NCBI GenBank assembly: GCA_963575745.1
Contig: CAUYUJ010000169.1
Span: 1 to 64,000, forward strand
Direction of reading: 5' to 3'
Length of the DNA: 64,000 nt
From: Prorocentrum cordatum
Taxonomy: Eukaryota
Position numbers and translations under genes: made by a program. Of this stretch, positions 37,975-49,974 are shown piece by piece (position 1 is the stretch's first letter; each line of letters starts with the position of its first letter). The notes beneath the pieces were generated by a model. It made no database searches. It saw only the letters and a list, made by a program, of their open reading frames with translations, and was not told where the DNA came from.

Positions 37975-39560
37975 CGGCCCAAGAAGCGCCCAAGACGGCC
38001 CAAGAAACTTCCAAGAGGCCTCCAAGAGGGCTCCGAGATACTGAAGATGGCCTCCAGACGTCCAAGGACGCCCCCAAGAGGCCCCAAGAAGCCTCCAACA
38101 TGCGTCCCAAGAGGGCCCCTAGACGCAAAAATTGGCCCATTCCCTTCGTAAAACGTACATTTTCAACAAAGTTGTCTTTTGGGCTTTCCGACGTTACAGG
38201 ACGGCCCAAGAGGCGCCCAAGACCGCCCCAAGACGGCCCAAGAAGCTTCCCAGAGGGCCCCAGGACAGCCCAAGAGGGCCCCAAGACGGCCCAAGAGGCG
38301 CCCAAGATGGCCCAAGAGGGCCCCAAGACGGGCCCAAGAGGGGGCCCAGAGGGGGACCACGAACCGCAAGCTCGAGCCTTCCGCCCCAAGAGGCCGCCAG
38401 GAGGCCCCCAGGAGGCCCCTCAAGAGGCCCCGGGAGACCCCAGACGTCCAAGGACGCCCCCAAGAGGCCCCAAGAAGCCTCCAACATGCGTCCCAAGAGG
38501 GCCCCTAGACGCAAAATTGGCCCATTCCCTTCGTAAAACGTACATGTTCAACAAAGTCGCCTTTTGGGCTTTCCGACGTTACAGGACGGCCCAAGAGGCG
38601 CCCAAGACCGCCCCAAGACGGCCCAAGAAGTTTCCCAGAGGGCCCCAGGACAGCCCAAGAGGGCCCCAAGACGGCCCAAGAGGCGCCCAAGATGGCCCAA
38701 GAGGGCCCCAAGACGGGCCCAAGAGGGGGCCCAGAGGGGGACCACGAACCGCAAGCTCGAGCCTTCCGCCCCAAGAGGCCGCCAGGAGGCCCCCAGGAGG
38801 CCCCTCAAGAGGCCCCAGGAGACCCCAGACGTCCAAGGACGCCCCCAAGAGGCCCCAAGAAGCCTCCAACATGCGTCCCAAGAGGGCCCCTAGACGCAAG
38901 AATTGGCCCATTCCCTTCGTAAAACGTACATTTTCAACAAAGTTGTCTTTTGGGTTTTCCGACGTTACAGGACGGCCCAAGAGGCGCCCAAGACCGCCCC
39001 AAGACGGCCCAAGAAGCTTCCAAGAGGGCCCCAGGACAGCCCAAGAGGGCCCCAAGACGGCCCAAGAGGTGCCCAAGATGCCCCAAGAGGGCCCCGAGAC
39101 GGGCCCAAGAGGCAGCCCAAGAGAGGCCCAAGAAGCACAAATCGTGCATTCCTATGGGAAAACGTATATTTTTCGCATGTTCGCCTCTTGGGCTTTCACC
39201 GCGTCCAAGACGGCCCAAGAGGCGCCCAATACCGCCCCAAGACGGCCCAAAAAGTTTCCCAGAGGGCCCCAGGACAGCCCAAGAGGGCCCCAAGACGGCC
39301 CAAGAGGCGCCCAAGATGGCCCAAGAGGGCCCCAAGACGGGCCCAAGAGGGGGCCCAGAGGGGGACCACGAACCGCAAGCTCGAGCCTTCCGCCCCAAGA
39401 GGCCGCCAGGAGGCCCCAAGGAGGCCCCTCAAGAGGCCCCAGGAGACCCCCAAGAGGCCCGAAGGAGGCCCCGAGAAGACCCAAATCGGCCCCCAAAATG
39501 CTTCGAACCTGCTTCCAGGAGGCCCCCGACAGGTTCAGAGGCTCCCGAGAAGCTACGTCA
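37975..39560 (+). repeat. ~385-bp tandem repeat of CCCAAGA subunits (family E), about 3.5 copies
   Basis: CAGACGTCCAAGG at 38055, 38441, 38826. Confidence 0.9.
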
Positions 39561-41475
39561 AACTCCCAGCGAGCGGCCAGACGAGGCCCCCCACAAAATC
39601 ACAAGAGGGTTCCAATATTTGTATCCTTCAGCGCTCTCTGGCCTTTTTCCCCCTGCCCCCTTCCCTGCGACTTTCGTTGACTCAAGCTCGCCTCCTAGCT
39701 AGAACCTAAGCGCGCGCGAAGCGCGCGCGTGGTTCTAGTATTCATTGCTTTGCCGATCGGCGCGGGCTCTCGCATCCCCCCTCCACCCCCCTCGTGGAGT
39801 AGGTCTTGGCTGTTTTTGGTGCCTGTTTCAAGCAGGGGGAGTCTGCCCCATACGACGCACCGTTGCAAACAGTCGCATAAAGCAGAAGTCCGGAGCCAGA
39901 CACCCCCCCTCCCCCTCCCCCCTTCCGCCCAATGTCGAAACGCCGAAAAAGACAACATTGACCAGGTTTCTCGGATCGGCGCTGGAGCCCCCTGGCGGCG
40001 CCTCCAGCGCCGCCCCTGGCGCGCTCCGCGCTTCTAGGGAGGAAGGTCCAGCGCCGATCCGAGAGATCCGCGCGGACCTCCGAGTTTGTTTGTGTCTGTA
40101 TTTGTGTCTGTGTTTGTGTTTGTGCTTGTGTTTGCGTTTGTGTCGTTATTGGTTCCCCTGCTCGTGACGCCTTGTCGCTGCCATCCACGCGGCGGCGGCC
40201 TCTCACAGCGACCACGGCGCCGGCATCGTGCTGCGGAGCATCATGTGTGGGCAGTGCGGGCCTTCTTGGAGCCATGCTTGAGGCCATCGGTATAGAAGCA
40301 GGGGCTCCTTCGGTAGCACATTATGGGAGCCTTGTGTGCTTCGCAAGTCTGTCTTGAGAGTGCACTAGCGTCGAAAAGCGTTTGGTAATCTATGGGATAG
40401 CGCCGATTCAGCATCGACCAGCGTCGATTAGCGTCGATTCAGCGTCGAATAGCGTCGTTTTGCAAGTGCCAACAAGATGGTATGGGAGGCCCCCATGATT
40501 TTCCACTGAAGGGTCTTCAGTAAAAAAAATGAGTCCCCCAGCTTGGCGCCTGGAAGCCAGTTTATTGGGCCCGTTTGGGGCGCTCTTGAGGCGCTTTGGG
40601 GGGCATCCGGGGCTGGTCTGGTGCGCTTCTGAGCCCCTCTTGGAGCTCTCCTGGGCCGATCTTGGAGCCATGTTGAGGCCTCAGCAGCCCATCGAAAGCG
40701 GTTATGCTGCACCGATTTGGGCCTCACAGGCTTTCAACATGTATGAAGTGCGTAGTTATGGTGCTGCACGGGGTTGGGCCTCTCGTGGGCAGCCTTCTGG
40801 GGCTCGGTGGGCCACTTGGCGCTGTCTCTGGGCGCCTTGGCCGCGCAGGACCCCCCTTCCTGGAGCCGTCTTGGCGGGCATATCTTGGTCACCTTGGAGG
40901 AGGGAGGCATCCGCGCGGGTGGAGCCGGAGGCTCGGAAGGCGGGGAGCTCGCCGCCCCTCCCGAGCGGCACTCTGGACACCTGGGGGCGGGGCAGCGCTG
41001 GAGCCGCCTCTGGGGGTCCGAGGTGGCCCATAGCACCGGCTCCGGCCAGCAGGAATGGGGGACCCAGACCCCTTCTGGTCATGCAAAAATCGCGTCGTGA
41101 GGGTTTTTTGTTGCTATGTTCGGCCTCCCGGGGCTCTCACTGGGCCTCGGGACCATCAGCAAACGGCTCAGGAGGACAAGCCGGTCCTGGGAGGTGGGCC
41201 GAGGCCTCTGGGGGCCGACGCTGCGACACAGATCATGACGTCGGGTGCCTGGGTGCGGGGGGCAGGCTCGAGGTTCTGGGTTCGAGAAGGCTGTCTGGCC
41301 CTTTCTGGCCTCCGGAGGCCGCGTGCGGGCCCCAGGGCTGCGAAGGACGGATCCGGGGTGAACAGTTGCGCGCCAGAGTTCAGAATCCACAGCCGCCTCC
41401 ACGACAGCGTGGGGGGGCGGACAGCCAACTGCCTCACACGTCCTCTCACCCCTGGCAAACGCGGGGTCGGTGGAG

Positions 41476-41631
41476 TACATCACGGAGGCGAGGCTACTTA
41501 ACAGGGTCATATCCCTCGTGGACACGCGCGTCGGCGTGAAGGAGAGCGACCAGCAGCTCTGGGAGATGCTGCAGGGCAGCAAGAGGCAATTGATGGTCGT
41601 GCTCACAAAGGTCGATCAAGTGCCCCCCGAG
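41476..41631 (+). CDS. engB: EngB-family exon with G4 (YITEARLLNRVISLVDTRVGVKESDQQLWEMLQGSKRQLMVVLTKVDQVPPE)
   Basis: LVDTR.G.K.SD and VVLTKVD motifs continue the YihA alignment; AG acceptor, GT donor. Confidence 0.92.
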
Positions 41632-41787
41632 GTCCTCCAGGGCGCGCAAATGGTGCCAGAATAGAGAGGGGCCTCTGAATTGTGTCGAGTCGCCGACACA
41701 TTCAGCGATGCGGCGCGATTCCTGGCCCAGGTTTTTTTGTCCGCTGCGGCGACGCCGACGCGCCGCCCCATGTGGGTGCCCCCCGAG

Positions 41788-41850
41788 GTCCTGAGCAGGA
41801 CCATGGCCAGCGTTATCTCTCATCTCGAGGCCCTCGACCGCAACCATCTG
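41788..41850 (+). CDS. engB: EngB-family exon (VLSRTMASVISHLEALDRNHL), 3' boundary uncertain
   Basis: In-frame AG|G acceptor; helix expected between G4 and G5. Confidence 0.75.
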
Positions 41851-41979
41851 GGGGCCCTGTGGACGGGGACATCGCCGCCAACTGGGAGGGCCCATCGATC
41901 GACACCTGCCGCTCTTCCCCCCAGGAGTGCAGCCAGCGGCCGGACCGTTCCCCGTTCCCCTTGACTGTTGACGGGAGTG

Positions 41980-42153
41980 TTAAGTCGGGCATGTCCCTCT
42001 ACAGCTCTACAGGAGGAATATGCAGAAACAGTGTTTAAACAAATAGTCTGGGAACGATGCTCTGCCTGTTTTTGATGATGTGGGGGGGCATGTGTTTGAG
42101 TATCCCTTATTTCCCGCCATGAATCCTCCTGTAGGAGGACATGCCCGACCTGA
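41980..42153. mobile_element. MITE family A
   Basis: Flanks CGGGAGTG / CGGGAGCG. Confidence 0.88.
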
Positions 42154-43169
42154 CGGGAGCGGTCCCAGCGCGAGGCGTTCCCGGGGCCGCCCCACGGGGG
42201 AGGCCGCGCGGGCGCCCAGTCGGCGTGCCCCCCCCCGGGGGGGAGGGCCGAGGATAGGGGCGGCCGGGGCCCCCATGGGGAGGGGTCCGAAGGCGGGCGC
42301 TGCGGGCACCCGCGGGCCGCCGGCAGGGCGGGGGGCGGGGGCCGAAGGCGGGAGTGCCTGCGGGACCTGCTCTGATAGGGGAACAATAAGTGACACAGAC
42401 AGAAAGACTCGGAGGTCCGCGCGGATTTCTCGGATCGGCGCTGGGGCCGCAGACGGGTCTGCCCCGCTCGGGGGCGGCCGGCGAAGAGGGGGGTGATGGC
42501 TAGGGGGGGAACATTATCCTGGCGTGGGCCATGGTATATTTCCCCTGATCTCATGGCGCCTCGTCTTGTCTCATCCCGTCCTTGGCCCCCCCCCCCGGGC
42601 CGCGCACACGCCGCCGGCCACGATTCGCACCCCCCCCTCTCGGACGCGCCCCCCTCCTGGCCGCCCCCGAACCGCGCCGAACGCAACGGCCACGTTGTCC
42701 ACAGACGCATCCACCCCGAAAGTGCCTGTGGACGCCACGACACCCAAAGCTTCCTGCCCATGGACGCTTCTGGCCAGGACGTGAGAGCAGTATTTCGTGG
42801 CATCGGCCCCAGATGTGGGCTTTCTGGAAGCCGGTAGGCCTGGCCCTCCAGCCCAACGGCGAAAATGAGCGAAAAGCATCGGCGGCTGCATGCCTCTTCT
42901 AGGCGCGCTCCGCGCGCCAGGGAGAGGGGCCCAGCGCGGATCCAAGAAATCCGCGCGGAGCGCCAAAAGTTTCTGTTCATGGCGTTCGTTCTTCTTCTCC
43001 CTGCCCTCTTCTTCCCCTCCTCTTCCCTGGGAGAGGGAGGGGGCGAGGGAGGTGGTGGTGCTGGTGTATGTGCTTGGGCCCCCCTGGGGGTCCCCGGGGT
43101 AAAATACGCGGGCAGAGCAGCGGCGGCCGCGTGCCTGTCTGGGCCACACCCCGGGGCGCGGCTGCAGCT

Positions 43170-43364
43170 TTAGGTCGGGCCTGTCCCCCTACAGAGGGAT
43201 TTTGTGGACGAGAAATCAAAGATACCCAACAAATGCGCAAAAGATGCCCCAAAAATGTTCAAAAAATAGTCCCCGGAATATTTTTTGACTACTCTTGGAT
43301 CTTCCCCCTGTAGATTTGGACTATTCTTGAATATCCCCCCCGTAGGGGGACAGGCCCGACTGAA
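43170..43364. mobile_element. MITE family A
   Basis: TIRs intact; flanks CTGCAGCT / GTGTCGCT are diverged. Confidence 0.8.
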
Positions 43365-44456
43365 GTGTCGCTGGCCGCGCCCTGCGCGCACTGCGGCCCC
43401 GGCCGCCGAGCCCTGGCCCTCCCCCCCCGGGGGGGCGGCGCGGCCCCGCGCGGCGCGGCTCCGCGAGGCGCAGAGTGGGGCGGCCCAGCTCCCCAGGCGC
43501 CCAACGCATTGACAACAATCGAGGCGGAGGTTTCTCTCGAAAAAATCGCCTTTGGAAAAATCAAATCAGCGTCTCGAAAAAAATCGAGACAGAGGTGTTT
43601 CATCGCTTGCGGCCTCTATAGCGGCCCTCGCTGGGCCCCGGGACCGTCAAACAACGACTCGGGATGAAAAACCGGTCCCGGGGAATGGGTCGAGAGTTCC
43701 AGGGACCCCGTATTGAAAAAAACACGACATCGGATCTCTGAGCTCTGCACCGTCCCTGAGATCCTGGCGAGTCCATGTTGCCGAGCCGGGCGTTTTCGCG
43801 TAGCGTCGGGGCCCCGGGACCCTCACGGACCGGTCCGGCGCCGAACACGGCGCAGAAAGGCAGGGTCCAGGGCTCCAGGCTCGACGTTTCGCGGCGTCTC
43901 CATTTTTGGGGGACGTCGGATCTCAGGGCTTGCCGCCGAGCTGGCCCTGCCCCAGGGGGCGGCGCGAGTGCCCGCGCGCAGGCGCGCAGGCGCGCAGCGG
44001 GACGGCCCGGCTCTTCCCAGGCATGCGCTGTTTGTTCCGGCGCGCTCCGGGCATGCTCGTTTTGTTCAGTTTCTGTCATCGTGCTTGTTTTCTGTCTGCC
44101 CCGGGTGTTTGTCGTGGTGTCTTCAGAAGTTTGTTTTCTCCGCGAGCTCTCCGGGAGTCCGGACCCCTTGCCCCAGGTCCTCCTTGCCAGAGCCCAAACA
44201 AAAAACAGAGGAGGAGGACGGAGGAAGGAGAGAGGAGAGAGCACAACACAAAGACAGAGGAGGAAGGAGAGAGCACAAACAAAAAACATCACCCCGAGTC
44301 GTTATTCGACGGCCCCAGGGCCCGGCAGGGGCCACTGGGAGGCCGAACACGGCCAGGCATGTGGCGCCGTGCCACGGGCCGCGGCGGGAGCAGGGCTGGG
44401 CCCGCTGCTGCGCAGAGGGCGATGGCGCTGTCCCCATTCACAGGGGCTCCGGCCGT

Positions 44457-44514
44457 GTGTGGCCGTACGTGCACGCCGTGAGCGGGCTCCACGGGCACGG
44501 GATGGATGAGCCTC
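44457..44514 (+). CDS. engB: EngB-family exon with G5 (VWPYVHAVSGLHGHGMDE)
   Basis: Matches the P.v..vSa..g.GideL pattern; boundaries uncertain. Confidence 0.8.
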
Positions 44515-45489
44515 GTGGTCGCTGGGCCGGCCTTGGGGCCGACGGAGGGACCCAGGCCCAGGACCATCGCCGATCGGGCAGGGGCCCTCCTCCTCCTCCT
44601 CCTCCTCCTCCTCCTCCTCATCATCATCATCAGCATCATCAGCATCAGCATCAGCATCAGCATCAGCAGCATCCTCATCATCAGCAGGAGCATCGTCATT
44701 AGCAGCATCATCATAATCGGCATCACCATCATCATCACCACCATATCATCATCATCAGCAGAATCATCATCAGAATCACCATAACCATCATCACCATCAT
44801 CACCATTACCAGCATCATCGTCATCATCATCCTTCTATTCCACCTCCTCCTCCTCATCATCATCATCATCTTCATCTTCATCGTCATCATCATAGCCTCC
44901 TCACCTCCTCGTCGCTCCTCGACCGTCGATCCTTCTCCTCGACGGCCAGGCGAGGCGGGCACCTCGAGAGAAGTCGTCGAGGTGGACGCCTCGCCCACGG
45001 GCGGGGGCGGCACGGCCCGCGGGAGGCCGCGGACGCGAGTGTAGCCGTCGGAGGCAGCGCCTCCGTTCCAGCATCCGGGCCCCCCAGACCCAGACGTGCT
45101 CGCGTCGTGAACAAACTCAAGACGGGGATGGCTTCGAGGTTCTATAGGCTTGCGGGCGATGTTCATGAGCTCTTGCCGGTGTGCCGCCCTCGGGATGCGT
45201 TCCAGCGGCTGCGCCTCGCCGAGAGCGTTCCGGGGATGGATGCCCGGATCGTCCCGAGCGGCCGCCGGAGACCCGAGCTACGACAAGGAGAATTGAACTC
45301 GGCGGTGGGGGAGCGCGTCGTCGTCGCGAACAAGAAAAATCGGCGACGGGGAAAACTGAAAAAGACATGCTCGCGTCGTGGAAAAAAATCAAGACGGGGA
45401 TGGGGGGGGGGTCGACGACACAGGAGAGTGGCCCTTCCCCAGGGAGTGACCTTATGGTGCGGGCCCAGTGGGCCCCTCCGACCGCCGAG

Positions 45490-45561
45490 CGCGAGGCGCT
45501 GGCAGCGGCCTGCGCGCTCGAGACTGGCCCCCTCGCGCCCCCCAAGAGCCGCGCACCAGAG
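45490..45561 (+). CDS. Probable EngB-family C-terminal exon (REALAAACALETGPLAPPKSRAPE)
   Basis: Completes GMDEL-REALAA if one extra C at 44511-44512 is removed; AG acceptor, GAG|GT donor. Confidence 0.4.
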
Positions 45562-45567
45562 GTAGTA

Positions 45568-45727
45568 TTAAGTCGGGCCTGTCCCTCTACAGGGGGAATA
45601 TTCAAAAACAGTCAAAACATAGTCTTGTGATTATTGTTTGAGTATGTTTTGACCATTTGGGGGTATTTTGGGAGTATTTTTAATTTTTCGTCGAACATCC
45701 CCCTGTAGGGGGACACGCCCAACTTAA
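45568..45727. mobile_element. MITE family A
   Basis: Flanks AGGTAGTA / AGGTAATA. Confidence 0.9.
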
Positions 45728-46084
45728 AGGTAATAGTTGGCGCTCGCGTAAATTGACCCGGCTCGTTCGAAGTTGTTTCGCAGATGGTCCCGGGAACCTC
45801 GCGCAAATTAAATTCCGACCTTCCATGCCTCCAAGCTCTGCCGCAGGCGCCCGGAAGAATAATCATTTCGAATTGCGGCCGTACCCCCATACCCCCCTGC
45901 GTTGCCCTGGGGCACTCTTGCGTGTAGCCGGGTTTGGGGCCACTTTGGCATTCCAGGGGCCTTCACCGGGCCCCAGGACCGTCAAAGACGATTCAGGGTG
46001 AGAAACCGATCCCGGGGACAGGATCGAAGCATCCGGAGACCACGTATTGAAAAAAACAAGGCGTCGCATGTGTGGGGATCAGGT

Positions 46085-46243
46085 CCGAGCAGATGGGGCC
46101 AGAGAATCGCGCAGCATCGCCGATGCATCGGCAACGCGGCTCGATGTGGTGCCTGACCTTCTCCACGCCGACGTCACCGATGCATTGCCGACGTTTCCGA
46201 TGCATCGGCGATGCGGCGCGATCCTCCGACCCCATCTGCTCGG
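46085..46243. repeat. ~160-bp long inverted repeat (foldback)
   Basis: CCGAGCAGATGGGG..ATCGCGC.GCATCGCCGATGCATCGG and its reverse complement. Confidence 0.85.
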
Positions 46244-46731
46244 CCCCATCTGGGAGGCCTCTGCTGTACAACAGGCTCCCAGAGCCAGCAGCCCGACGGA
46301 GCCGACCGCCTCAGCTCCAGTGTTGCTCGCAGTGGTCCTGGCCCAAGGCGGCCCCAGCTTTTCGCACCATGTTGGAGCTCCTAGGGCCTTCTTCCTCATC
46401 TTCCTCCTCCTCCTCCTCCTCCTCCTCCTCCTCCTCCTCTCCTCCTCCTCCTCCTCCGCCTCTCCCTCCTCCCCTCCTCCTCTCCTCCTCCTCTCTCCTT
46501 CCTCTCCTCCTCCTCCTCCTCCCTCATCCCTCCTCCTCCTCTCCTCCTCCTCCTCCTCCTCCTCCTGTTCCTCCTCCTCCTCCTCCCCCATCCTCCTCCT
46601 CCTCCTTCACCTCCTCGAGCCCTCGCTCCCAGCGTGCGGAGTTCGCGCCCCAGGCCGTCCCCGTCGCTCGCTCCTAGTGGGCCCGCGGGGGGGCCCCCGG
46701 GGCGGGCCTCGGGATCGGCGGCACGCAGGGC

Positions 46732-47020
46732 TTTCGTCGGGCATGTCCCTCTACGGGAGGAATAATCCAAAATGGTCTAAAGGAATAGTCTGGGGACGAT
46801 GTCCTATTATCTTGGACCATTGTTGGGCATCTGGTTAACCGTTTTCATGCTTTCTCCCGGAATCCGCCTGTAGGACTAAGTCGGGCATGTCCCTTCACAG
46901 GAGGAAGATTCCAAAACAGTCAAAAATTGTCTGAGGACGATTTTTCTTCTATGGTTGACAATTTGTTCCTGTTTATTTGTCTCACCAAAATCCGCCTGCA
47001 TGAGGACATGCCCGACCAAG
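46732..47020. mobile_element. Two adjacent MITE family A copies (46732-46875 truncated; 46876-47020)
   Basis: Two left TIRs, one complete right TIR. Confidence 0.75.
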
Positions 47021-48932
47021 ACCCAGACCCCCGCAAGTCGTGACAAAAATTACGACGGGAGTTTGTTCTTTATTTTCGGTCTCCAGGCGCCCTTATTGGG
47101 CCTCGGGGCCGTCAACAGAACGGCTCAGGATGAAAACACGGCCCCGGGGAATGGGTCCAAACCCTTGCGGGTCGACGTCATGGAAAATCAGGAGGAGGAG
47201 GAGGAAGAGGAGGAGGAGCAGGAGGAGGAGGAGGATGAGAAGGTGGTGGTGGTGTGGTTGGTGGTGGAGGAGGAGGAGGTAGGAGGAGAGGAGGGAGGAG
47301 GAGGGAGTAGGATGAGATGAGGGAGGATGGGAGAGGAGGAGGAGGAAGAGGAGAGAGGAGGAGGAGGAGAGAAGAGGAGGAGGAGAAGGAGAAAAAGGAG
47401 GAGGAGGAGAGGAAGGAGAGGAGGGAGGAGGAGGAGGAGGAGCAACCAGGAGGGAGGAGGAGGAGGAGGAGGAGGAGGAGGAGGAGAAGGAGTGGCCCTC
47501 CGCCAGAGTGGCCTCCTCTGGCGCTGCGGCCTTCGGGGGGGCCGCCCGGGGAGGGGGGTGCCGAGCCCAGGCACTCGCGGGCCGCTGCCGCCGCATCGCG
47601 CGATAGGCGATCGGCAGGCCGCCGCCTGCGGCCACGTCCCGCGCGCGGCCGGCCAGGGGCCACAGCGCTCGGGGAGGCTGGCCGCCGCGGCCTCCCTCCT
47701 CCTCCTTCCCCTCCTCCTCCATCCTCGTTTTCCTTCTTCTCGTCTTCCTCCTCTTCCTCTTCCTCGTACTCTCCCTGCTCCCCCTCCCCCTCCCCCTCCT
47801 CCTCCTCCTCCTCCTCCTCCTCCTCCTCCTCCTTCCCCTCCCCCCCTTCTTCGTCCCCCTCCTGGAGCACGCGCTGCTCACTTCCGCAGCGCGGGCGCCT
47901 CGGCGCTCGGGGGAGGGGCACCGAAGGCCTGGACACGCGACGTCGTGATGTTGTTCGCCACCGTGGCTGCCCTGACGCGCGCGTGTGGAAACGCAGCACG
48001 TGTCGTGTTCAGAGCGGCCGCGTCAACACGCCGCGTGTTGGCTCGGCGCGTGTCGGCCCGCGCTGTGGCGAAGGTATCGCGCCAGACCTGCGTGTTCAGT
48101 CTACGCGTTGAGCTCCGTGTCAACGCGTGTTGATCCCCAGAGGTTCGGACCCCTTCACTGGGGCCGGCTTCTCATCCGCAGCCGTCTTTTGACGGCGGGG
48201 CCCGATGAGGGCCTCGTGAGTCGACTGCGCGCAAGGGTGGCCTTCCGCAGGAGTGGCCTTCGGTGCGGGCCCGCTGTGGTTCCCATGTCGCAGAACGCGG
48301 TGCGACAGCAGCGGCTTGCGCGCTCGGGTTTGCCTCCCCCCCCGCAGCCCCCTGGACCAAGGCCACTCGTTGCGTGCAGCCGGCCGACCCTGAGATCCCA
48401 CGTCGCAGCATCGAACAACATCGCGAGAAATTCCGACCGAGCGGCGTTTTTCGAGCCGGATCGATCTGTGAGGGCCCCGGGGCCCGAAGCACGGCGAGAA
48501 GGAGGAGGAGGAGGAGGAGGAGGAGGAGGAGGAGGAGGGGAGGAGGAGGAGGAGGAGGAGGAGGAGGAGGAGGAGAGGAGGAGAGGAGGCAGAAGTGTGG
48601 AAGAAAGGAAGAGGAGGGTTGTGGGAGGGTGTGGAGGGGAGGAGAGGCGGAGGATGAGGAAGGAGGAGGATGAGGTGGAGGAGGAGGAGGGGAGAGGAGG
48701 AGGAGGAGGAGGATCCGACGGGGGCGAGCCGCAGCGGGCCCGAATAAGGGGCGCGCGAGGGCCGCCGGCGAGGGGGGGCCCAGCACGACCACGGGACAAG
48801 CTCTGCGGGTCCCTCAACCCTCAGCGCGGTGGCCTCGGACTCGCGGGCGGCAGCGCGCGCCCGGGGCGCGCGCGCGCCGCGCGCGCCGGCGGAAATCGGC
48901 CGACGAAACGGGGGGGATTGGGAAAGGGGGGG

Positions 48933-49130
48933 GTACGGTTAGGTTTTTTGAGTCGTGTCGACCAGCGGCGACCCCAGCGCGGGCGTTCAAGGTTGAACGC
49001 CGCCGGCGACCCAGAATCGATCGATGTTGAACGATCGGACGTTGCGGCAGCGGCCGATCGTTCAAGGTTGAACGATCCCTGCGGTGTCAAAAACCAACGC
49101 TGGGGTCGGCACGACACGAACCTGCCGTAC
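48933..49130. repeat. Foldback with internal CGTTCAAGGTTGAACG palindromes
   Basis: GTACGG..AGGTT..GTCGTG..GACCCCAGCG vs CGCTGGGGTCGGCACGAC..AACCTGCCGTAC. Confidence 0.6.
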
Positions 49131-49974
49131 GACATTTCCTGCATGCGGCAGGTTTCGGCCTCACCGAGGGGCCCATGAGCTCGATACATCGTCGCCTCCG
49201 GCGCCGGGAGGCACCGGGAAAATCAGCTACGTGAGCTGATTCTCAAACCCCGCCCTTTGCTATCCCCCCCTTTCGCCCGACCCGACGGGAGCGCGGCGCG
49301 ACCGCGAGCCGGGCCCCGGGAGCGGGGCCGCGCAGCGGAAAGCCGGGGCGACAGCGCAGGGCAGCAGCCGGGGACCCCTGGCCGGAGCGGCCTCCCCGGA
49401 CCCCCTATCGGGCAACGGAAGGAAGTCATGCCGGGAGGCTTTTTGGCTATCTTGTTCGGCCTCGGGGGGGCCCTCACCGACCCCTCGGGACCGACAAAAC
49501 ACGACTCGGGATGAAGAACCGGTCCAGGGGAAGGGGTCGAGACCTCCAGGGGTCGACGTAATGAACAAACCCTGACGTCGGGGGTTCTGGGTCCAGTGCG
49601 GGCCCACGGGTCGTTCCCTCGAAGCCGGGGGCGTGCCAGGCCCCCTCGAGCGATGCGCAAGAAGCACGGCGGGAGGTGCTGCTCGCTGTGTGCGGCCTCC
49701 GGGGCCCCTTTGCCGGGCCTCGGGGCCGTCAGGAAGCGACGCAGGATGGAAAACGGGATCTTGGGGAATGGGTCGAGGGTTTTTGGGGTCGTCGCTGTAT
49801 CATAACAAAAAGTATCAACAACGAAAACAACAACAAAAACAATAACAAAAGCAAAAAACAAAGACAATGACCAAGACAGAAACATGACGTCGGGGGTCTG
49901 GGCCCAGAGCCGCCGGATCTCAGAGAGCCCCGATCTGTTCTGGTCCGACAGTGTCCGTTCCCGGTCTCGCCCGT

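Noticed and set aside
37848..39680. 610-aa ORF and similar long ORFs in repeats and microsatellites
   Set aside because: Translations of stop-poor tandem repeats, open in several frames.
45107..45180. LKTGMASRFYRL as the last EngB exon
   Set aside because: No AG acceptor, and the sequence is locally duplicated at 45364-45403; 45490 fits better.
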